Source of the DNA: an uncultured virus (IMG/VR IMGVR_UViG_3300025840_000014)
Lineage: Duplodnaviria; Heunggongvirae; Uroviricota; Caudoviricetes
Length of the DNA stretch: 57,482 nucleotides
IMG/VR virus record: IMGVR_UViG_3300025840_000014
Reading direction: 5' to 3' (one strand)
Under the pieces are notes generated by a model, which was given only the letters and a program-made list of their open reading frames with translations, was not told where the DNA came from and did not search any database. Below are positions 52,292-57,482 of this stretch, in pieces (within the stretch, counting starts at the first letter, position 1; the number at the start of each line of letters is the position of its first letter). Both the position numbers and the translations under genes were made by a program.

Positions 52292-54324
52292 TGCGTCGCG
52301 CCTATGCTCGACGACGCGGAAGTTGGATTTTTTGGCTCACCGCAATCTTTGCTTTTGTTGCGCCAAACGCTGTAAACGCCGCCTCGTACACGGTTACTGA
52401 AGAATCCGAATGGACATTCAGTCTTACCGAGGCGAAAACCGTATATATCTACGGAAACTCTAATCGAGCCTGCAACGAGGGTGGAGCCGACCCGTACCTG
52501 TGGTTGTACGACGATGGGCCTGAAACGGCTGGGACGCTGATCACCCAAGATGATGACGGCAACCACAACTCAACTGATCAGTGTGTGTCGTCAAAAATTG
52601 TTGCGAACCTGAACGCCGGGGATTATCTGATTCGGGCAGGGTATTGCTGCAATCAACGCGGGTTGGGATTCGACGGACCTGACTATGAACTGGTCATCAC
52701 AGATGTTGAGTTGATTGGTGGAACGCCGACCACCACGACCACAACTACTACGACCACAACGACTGTTCCGCAAACCATTGGGGCACCAACAAACCTCGCC
52801 CTGACTGTCGACTACTCCAACGGAACCGTTACCGCCGACTGGGATGCGCCAACAGACGGGAACGTTGACCCCGAGCGTTACGCCATCGGTTTCGGTCTGA
52901 ACGACGAGGGGAACGCTGGGCCGTACGGAGTGGCAACCGGAAACGTCGGCGACGAGAACGCCCTCAACACCCAATACACGTTCAACGCCTCGTATCTGGA
53001 GAGCCTGTTCAACGAGGCCCACGGCCTGTTCAACGTGATGATCCGGTCCGACAATGACACAAATGCGAAGTACTCGTCGTGGACTCCTGTGTCATCCGTG
53101 ACGATCATGAACATGCCGGATGTCGTGGAAGGCACGACAGTCAGCCAAGTTTTTGGTTCCGGAGTTGATGTGTCGTGGACGCCCTCATCGGACGGTTTCG
53201 TTGACCCGAGTTATTTCCGCGTTGCGTACAACCAGTCACAATCCGAGGAATCGTTTGAGACAAATACCACGAGCAGCAATTCCATCACTATTCCTTATTC
53301 CGCGATCCCTGACGGCACGTGGTATCTGAGGGTGTTGTCATGCGGCTCCGAAAACGATTGTGCCATAGGGAATACGGTCGAGGTAACCGTTTTTGACGAG
53401 GAAGCATCATGGGCAACGACAACAACGACTTCAACAACAACAACGACGACCACCACGGAGGTGCCGCCATCAACAACTACTTCGACCACTACGGTGCCCC
53501 CAACTACGAGCACCACCACGACAACCACCACATCAACTCTGCCCCCGCCGCCACCGCCGCCACCGGCAACAACGACGACGACTACTACGACAACCTTGCC
53601 ACCGACGACAACTACGTCAAGTACCACGACAACAGTTGCGCCGACGACAACAACAGTTGTCACGACGATCCCGCCGACCACAACAACAGTCGCTCCGACG
53701 ACCACAACTTCGGTGCCGAGTGGAACGACTACTACAACCGTTGGAACAACTACTTCGACAACCATCGCTAGTACAACAACCACAACGGAGGTGACCGTTG
53801 CACCAACAACAACCATCCCCAGAACCACAACAACCACAACGAATCCGGTACGTCAACCAGAAACGGTCAGCGAAAATCCACAAAAAATTGCAAAAGCCGC
53901 AGCGGTCACAGAATCAATCGAGGACGACCAACTTGCGGGTGAAGTGTTCAAAGTCGTTGCCGAAGAAACCGTAACGGTTGAATACGTCACAGCGATGGTG
54001 TCAAACGAGAATTTCGACACATTGGACGACAACCAGATTGGCCAGATCGCTGCTGCTCTTAGCGAGCAGGAGGACGAAGTAAAAGAGGTTTTTGAGGCCG
54101 AAGTGAACATTTTTGACGGCGCAACAGACGATTATGTGCCGGCTGGTTCCACGGTGACTGTTGCCGAAAGGCGTATAATTGTTGCAGCAACTGCGGTCGT
54201 TATGGCTGTTCCGGTTGCCGCGCCTTCACCGGCTGCGCCCTCTGGCGGGGGTGCGCCTTCAGGCGGAGGATCGGGGGGTTCTTCTGGCGGTGATGGGGGA
54301 TCAGATCGAAAGCGCAAACCCTGA
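52291..54324 (+). CDS. Secreted/membrane-anchored protein: signal peptide, PPC-like domain, FN3-like domains, Thr-rich stalk, C-terminal TM
   Basis: MRRAYARRR-hydrophobic-AVNA; DPYLWLYD...QDDDG; GAPTNLAL...WDAP; poly-Thr/Pro 53415-53840; RRIIVAATAVVMAV. Confidence 0.75.
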   Translation: MRRAYARRRGSWIFWLTAIFAFVAPNAVNAASYTVTEESEWTFSLTEAKTVYIYGNSNRACNEGGADPYLWLYDDGPETAGTLITQDDDGNHNSTDQCVSSKIVANLNAGDYLIRAGYCCNQRGLGFDGPDYELVITDVELIGGTPTTTTTTTTTTTTVPQTIGAPTNLALTVDYSNGTVTADWDAPTDGNVDPERYAIGFGLNDEGNAGPYGVATGNVGDENALNTQYTFNASYLESLFNEAHGLFNVMIRSDNDTNAKYSSWTPVSSVTIMNMPDVVEGTTVSQVFGSGVDVSWTPSSDGFVDPSYFRVAYNQSQSEESFETNTTSSNSITIPYSAIPDGTWYLRVLSCGSENDCAIGNTVEVTVFDEEASWATTTTTSTTTTTTTTEVPPSTTTSTTTVPPTTSTTTTTTTSTLPPPPPPPPATTTTTTTTTLPPTTTTSSTTTTVAPTTTTVVTTIPPTTTTVAPTTTTSVPSGTTTTTVGTTTSTTIASTTTTTEVTVAPTTTIPRTTTTTTNPVRQPETVSENPQKIAKAAAVTESIEDDQLAGEVFKVVAEETVTVEYVTAMVSNENFDTLDDNQIGQIAAALSEQEDEVKEVFEAEVNIFDGATDDYVPAGSTVTVAERRIIVAATAVVMAVPVAAPSPAAPSGGGAPSGGGSGGSSGGDGGSDRKRKP

Positions 54325-54333
54325 GGGGGGCCA

Positions 54334-54501
54334 ATGTTTAAACGGTTAAGAAATGAAATATTTGCGCTTTCTTGGACTTTGGGCGGCACGGGTCTTGTCC
54401 TGATTACGCTGTCTGGGGACACTTTGAAATGGGGTCTTTGGATCAGTGGTGCATCTCTGGTTTTACACATGATCGGTGTTGTTTTTACTGGAGATGACTG
54501 A
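54334..54501 (+). CDS. Small 2-TM membrane protein, 55 aa (not in ORF track)
   Basis: GAGGGGGG RBS; MFKRLRNEIFALSWTLGGTGLVLITLSGDTLKWGLWISGASLVLHMIGVVFTGDD. Confidence 0.7.
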   Translation: MFKRLRNEIFALSWTLGGTGLVLITLSGDTLKWGLWISGASLVLHMIGVVFTGDD

Positions 54502-54555
54502 CTGGCGTAGTGCTTATATGCGATAATGGGGGAACACAAGAAGTGAGGTTCTTCT

Positions 54556-55539
54556 ATGTCTAAGCGCCCTTATACAGGTTTTGATGTCATTGCTGGCGGT
54601 AAACGAGCCGGTACAGAAACCCTGATTGATCTTCTTGAGGCCCATTTCGGGCTTTGGAATAATGGATCGTTTGGTGTAAGAAAGAAAAGAGGGAAATCCT
54701 CTTATAGCGTACACGCTACAGGGCGTGCGGCTGACCTTTCTTGGCGTGGGGCCCCTCATCGTGGGCCCGGCAACTACGAAGCAGCGTGCAAGTTGATGGA
54801 CTTTCTCGTTGCCAACGCCGACGCCCTCCACATCGAGGCTGTCTTCGACTACTACCCGGCTCCGTTCGGTCGCGGATACAAGTGCGACCGTGATGCGTGG
54901 CAGGTGTACTCGAAGAAGGCGTTCTCTGGTGTGCCCGGCGGAGATTGGGTGCACTTCGAGATTTCGAATGCCAAAGCGGACGATGCCCAGTATTACATTG
55001 ACACAATGAAGCAACTTCTTGGCGACCCGCCGAAGGAAGTTAAGCCATCCGCCGCTCAGCCCGCCCCTAAAGCGCCTGCTGGGAAATCGCCTTGGTTGAC
55101 TCAAGGTTCCAAAGGTGACGAAGTAAAAGAAATGCAGAAAGTTGTTGGCGCTGAGCCTGTCGATGGTGATTTCGGGCCGAAAACCGCTGAAGCGCTCCGT
55201 GAATGGCAAGCCAAGCATGACCTGCATGTGGATGCCATTTGGGGTCCGGGTTCAGCAGCCCACGCCAAAGAATCTTGCGATCACGAATCAAACCCGCCCG
55301 CTGAAGGTGCCGAGCCGGAAAACTCTCCTGCTCCCACTTACCCGGGAAGCCCACTCAAGAAGGGTTCGAAGGGTGATGACGTGAAACTGGTTCAGACTGT
55401 TGTTATGGCCAAGCCGGACGGTGATTTCGGGCCCGCCACGGAGCGTCGCGTCAAGGCGTGGCAGAAGATCAATGCCAAGTGTTGCGGGCCAAGCGACGGT
55501 GTCGTCGGTCCAAAAACATGGGCATGCATGTTCGGGTGA
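54556..55539 (+). CDS. Endolysin: M15-like Zn peptidase + two peptidoglycan-binding domains
   Basis: SVHATGRAADL...WVHFE; two L..GSKGD.VK..Q.....DGDFGP.T...V/L..WQ repeats. Confidence 0.88.
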   Translation: MSKRPYTGFDVIAGGKRAGTETLIDLLEAHFGLWNNGSFGVRKKRGKSSYSVHATGRAADLSWRGAPHRGPGNYEAACKLMDFLVANADALHIEAVFDYYPAPFGRGYKCDRDAWQVYSKKAFSGVPGGDWVHFEISNAKADDAQYYIDTMKQLLGDPPKEVKPSAAQPAPKAPAGKSPWLTQGSKGDEVKEMQKVVGAEPVDGDFGPKTAEALREWQAKHDLHVDAIWGPGSAAHAKESCDHESNPPAEGAEPENSPAPTYPGSPLKKGSKGDDVKLVQTVVMAKPDGDFGPATERRVKAWQKINAKCCGPSDGVVGPKTWACMFG

Positions 55540-55545
55540 TCGGCA

Positions 55546-55779
55546 ATGATGGTCGAAATTATTGTCGCTGCAATTGGGGCACTAAGCGCAGTCGCAGTTG
55601 CTCTCACTGAAAAGAGCCGTCGCGAGAATAAACGCGACCATGGTGTTGTGTCAACGAAACTTGACATGATGGGTAAAAGTCTCGGAAGGTCGATTGATCG
55701 GGTGGAGGAGTCCGTTCAGCGAGCAGAAGAAAAATTGGACAATCACATCAATGAGCACGCCAAAGGATCATTTGATTAA
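55546..55779 (+). CDS. Lysis-cassette membrane protein (N-terminal TM + coiled coil)
   Basis: IIVAAIGALSAVAVAL, ENKRDHG, KLDNHINEH. Confidence 0.6.
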   Translation: MMVEIIVAAIGALSAVAVALTEKSRRENKRDHGVVSTKLDMMGKSLGRSIDRVEESVQRAEEKLDNHINEHAKGSFD

Positions 55780-55814
55780 AAGGATTTGGCGTCTGCTGGT
55801 CTGGGGGGATCAGT

Positions 55815-56069
55815 ATGAAAATGGACATGTTGGTCAACATCCTGTGGAGGATCGTTGCAGTATTTGTGGCTTCTGCGCTAAGTGTGATCGGCGCTGGCGC
55901 GATAGCCGGAATATCGATTATGCAATCTATGGCAGTCGCAGGCCTTGCCGGTGTAGCGACTGTCGTCGAGGGTTTAGCGCGCGCGTTCCTCAACGACGGT
56001 GAACTCGACAAAGACGAAGTGAACCAAGTGTTCAACGCCGCACCTACCAAGAAGCCGGGGACAAAATGA
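55815..56069 (+). CDS. Holin-like membrane protein
   Basis: Two hydrophobic segments, C-terminal DGELDKDEVN and basic tail; next to the endolysin. Confidence 0.6.
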   Translation: MKMDMLVNILWRIVAVFVASALSVIGAGAIAGISIMQSMAVAGLAGVATVVEGLARAFLNDGELDKDEVNQVFNAAPTKKPGTK

Positions 56070-56296
56070 AAGACATTAAAGATCGGATCATGTTGGTGCT
56101 GGCGATCGGTGTGATGGGTTGCATCATGCTTGCTATCGTCGGCGATTACGTCGTAGCGTCTTTTGAGACGTTTGAGACTGGTGAACCAGTTGATGTTTCT
56201 TCCGATGTGATGACCCTCGTGCAGACTGCTCTTGGTGGTGTCATCGGCATTATCGGCGGGTACTTTGGCGCCAAAGGTACCAAGAAAGACGACTGA
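56066..56296 (+). CDS. 2-TM membrane protein (holin-like)
   Basis: IMLVLAIGVMGCIMLAIV and ALGGVIGIIGGYFG. Confidence 0.6.
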   Translation: MKDIKDRIMLVLAIGVMGCIMLAIVGDYVVASFETFETGEPVDVSSDVMTLVQTALGGVIGIIGGYFGAKGTKKDD

Positions 56297-56299
56297 TTG

Positions 56300-56512
56300 T
56301 CACTTTTTCATATTGTGAAGACGCAATTGGGCCGCGAGCCATTCGGTCCACGCCAATTTCTCTGCCTCGTCTAGTTTGCTGAGGGCATAAATACGGTCCG
56401 CTGTCCACTCATCAGGTGCGATGGCGCACTCGAACTCCTCAATGGCTTCGCCGATCGTCTTGAGAAGACGTTCCGCTCTTTTGATGTCTTTGATTCCACG
56501 TTCGATATTCAT
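56300..56512 (-). CDS. Hypothetical helical protein
   Basis: ATG at 56512 after GGAG; convergent with the lysis genes. Confidence 0.55.
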   Translation of the reverse strand: MNIERGIKDIKRAERLLKTIGEAIEEFECAIAPDEWTADRIYALSKLDEAEKLAWTEWLAAQLRLHNMKK

Positions 56513-56693
56513 GATTTCTCCGTTTCTATGAGGTTTTTTCCTCATGCCGGATTAATCCGTCCGGACGGTCAGAACTGGTCAATCATGTCGTGACCCCCGA
56601 CGTTATGTGGTGTAAAATATAAGTGTTCGCGGCGTTCGCCGCCCTGTACAAAAACCCTTGTAAGTCATAAATCTATCTACTAAGGTAAAGCCT

Positions 56694-57017
56694 ATGAGCA
56701 TGACATCGTCCCAGTTCGACCTCGCGTGGAACAACGACGGTCACACCTTGACCCTTCAGATCAACAAAACCGATCTCGACATTTTGCAGGTCAACTGTCC
56801 GGGAGACGGGCCGTGCATCACCAGACATGGTTGCGTAGTCAAATACTTTGTCGAGCGATACGGGTTCGAGTGCAACATCGGAGTCTGTGCACCCGAAGAA
56901 ACGCTGGAAATCTGTTGGGCTCTCGTTGGCGACACCTACGATCTTGAGGTGTCGCAACTCTGGTTTGTGCCAGTCAAAGACGACGTTTTTTACGCTTGGA
57001 TGTCGTCGCGGGCTTAA
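56694..57017 (+). CDS. Hypothetical Cys-rich protein
   Basis: AAGGT upstream; six Cys in 107 aa. Confidence 0.55.
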   Translation: MSMTSSQFDLAWNNDGHTLTLQINKTDLDILQVNCPGDGPCITRHGCVVKYFVERYGFECNIGVCAPEETLEICWALVGDTYDLEVSQLWFVPVKDDVFYAWMSSRA

Positions 57018-57325
57018 ACCCGATAACGCAGCACCCGGCCAGTTTCCGACTTTTTTGCTGCACGGGTAGCCATTCGCTGCAAAGCAAAACGGCCTTCGAT
57101 CGTGATGGCCCACTCGTCGTCGCCGGTTTCTTCCAGAAGTCCGTGCGAAACGAGGTGTCGTGCCGTTTCACGAACTCGCGACTCTCTTTCAAAACGGTGC
57201 AAGATGTGCACCCCGTCCGAGGCTGTGACATAACCGACGGCATTTGTTCTGCTCGCCGCTACGAGAAGGAACGCATGACTTGCTGAATTGTAGATAAATG
57301 GAAGTCGACCGGTCTGGTTCATCAT
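57014..57325 (-). CDS. Putative winged-helix protein
   Basis: VRETARHLVSHGLLEE....WAITIEG pattern. Confidence 0.45.
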   Translation of the reverse strand: MMNQTGRLPFIYNSASHAFLLVAASRTNAVGYVTASDGVHILHRFERESRVRETARHLVSHGLLEETGDDEWAITIEGRFALQRMATRAAKKSETGRVLRYRV

Positions 57326-57482
57326 TGGTTGAAGGATAGGAAAACGGCCCCCGACCTGCAACTTTCCGTAAATTAAAAAGGTTCTTCAGTCGTGGAAGGG
57401 CGACGTCGCGGCGACAAAACAACCTTTGGCGGCTCTGGCGGCGGAGTAGAAATTGTCGGTTTTTTCAACAAATCCAAAAGTT

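Noticed and set aside
53295..53837. Poly-Val, poly-Gln and Asn/Asp/His ORFs in other frames
   Set aside because: Antisense and frame-shifted shadows of the ACN-rich Thr stalk of the 52291 gene.
56513..56693. Possible ncRNA or origin in the divergent intergenic gap (small GCGGC-gttc-GCCGC hairpin, TGTAAAAT)
   Set aside because: Explained adequately by divergent promoters; no tRNA cloverleaf, iterons or extended structure visible.
57326..57482. Non-coding end of window as a genome terminus or att site
   Set aside because: No repeat matching elsewhere in the window and too little context to support a call.

Overview
A 57.5 kb fragment of a large contractile-tailed (myovirus-like) dsDNA phage. 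The host is probably an actinobacterium, inferred from an r1t-type holin, an M15-type endolysin with peptidoglycan-binding repeats, and TGn-TAnnnT promoters with several leaderless genes. Gene order: (1) 1-4.7 kb nucleic-acid module: RuvC-like nuclease, ParB-like protein, ThyX, Cys/HTH protein, PAPS-reductase-like + ParB-like (IbrA/IbrB-type) pair, tiny Arg-rich ORF. (2) 4.7-31.6 kb neck, sheath, tube, tail chaperone with an apparent -1 frameshift, tape measure with a C-terminal M15-like peptidase, baseplate and tail fibres. (3) 31.6-49.0 kb, the most striking part: a protein ending in 30 perfect (H/F/W)FPP tetrapeptides, followed by about 16 kb of tailoring-type enzymes. These are 7 prolyl-hydroxylase-type 2OG-Fe(II) oxygenases plus a degenerate one, 2 TauD-type oxygenases, 2 DUF6065-like proteins, a flavin-dependent Trp-halogenase-like enzyme, 2 methyltransferase-like proteins in a duplicated and inverted 3-gene module, a Rossmann dehydrogenase, an atypical glutathione peroxidase, and a family of tiny G(I/V/L)DP proteins. 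(4) 49-52.3 kb Gly-rich fibre genes, one with a His-rich repeat insert. (5) a Thr-rich membrane-anchored surface protein, the lysis genes and a few hypotheticals. Best candidate novel system: a phage-encoded, RiPP-like post-translational modification locus acting on Pro/His/Phe repeat proteins. All functional calls come from motif recognition by eye; no database searches were run. No tRNA, rRNA, CRISPR array, integrase or reverse transcriptase was recognised.
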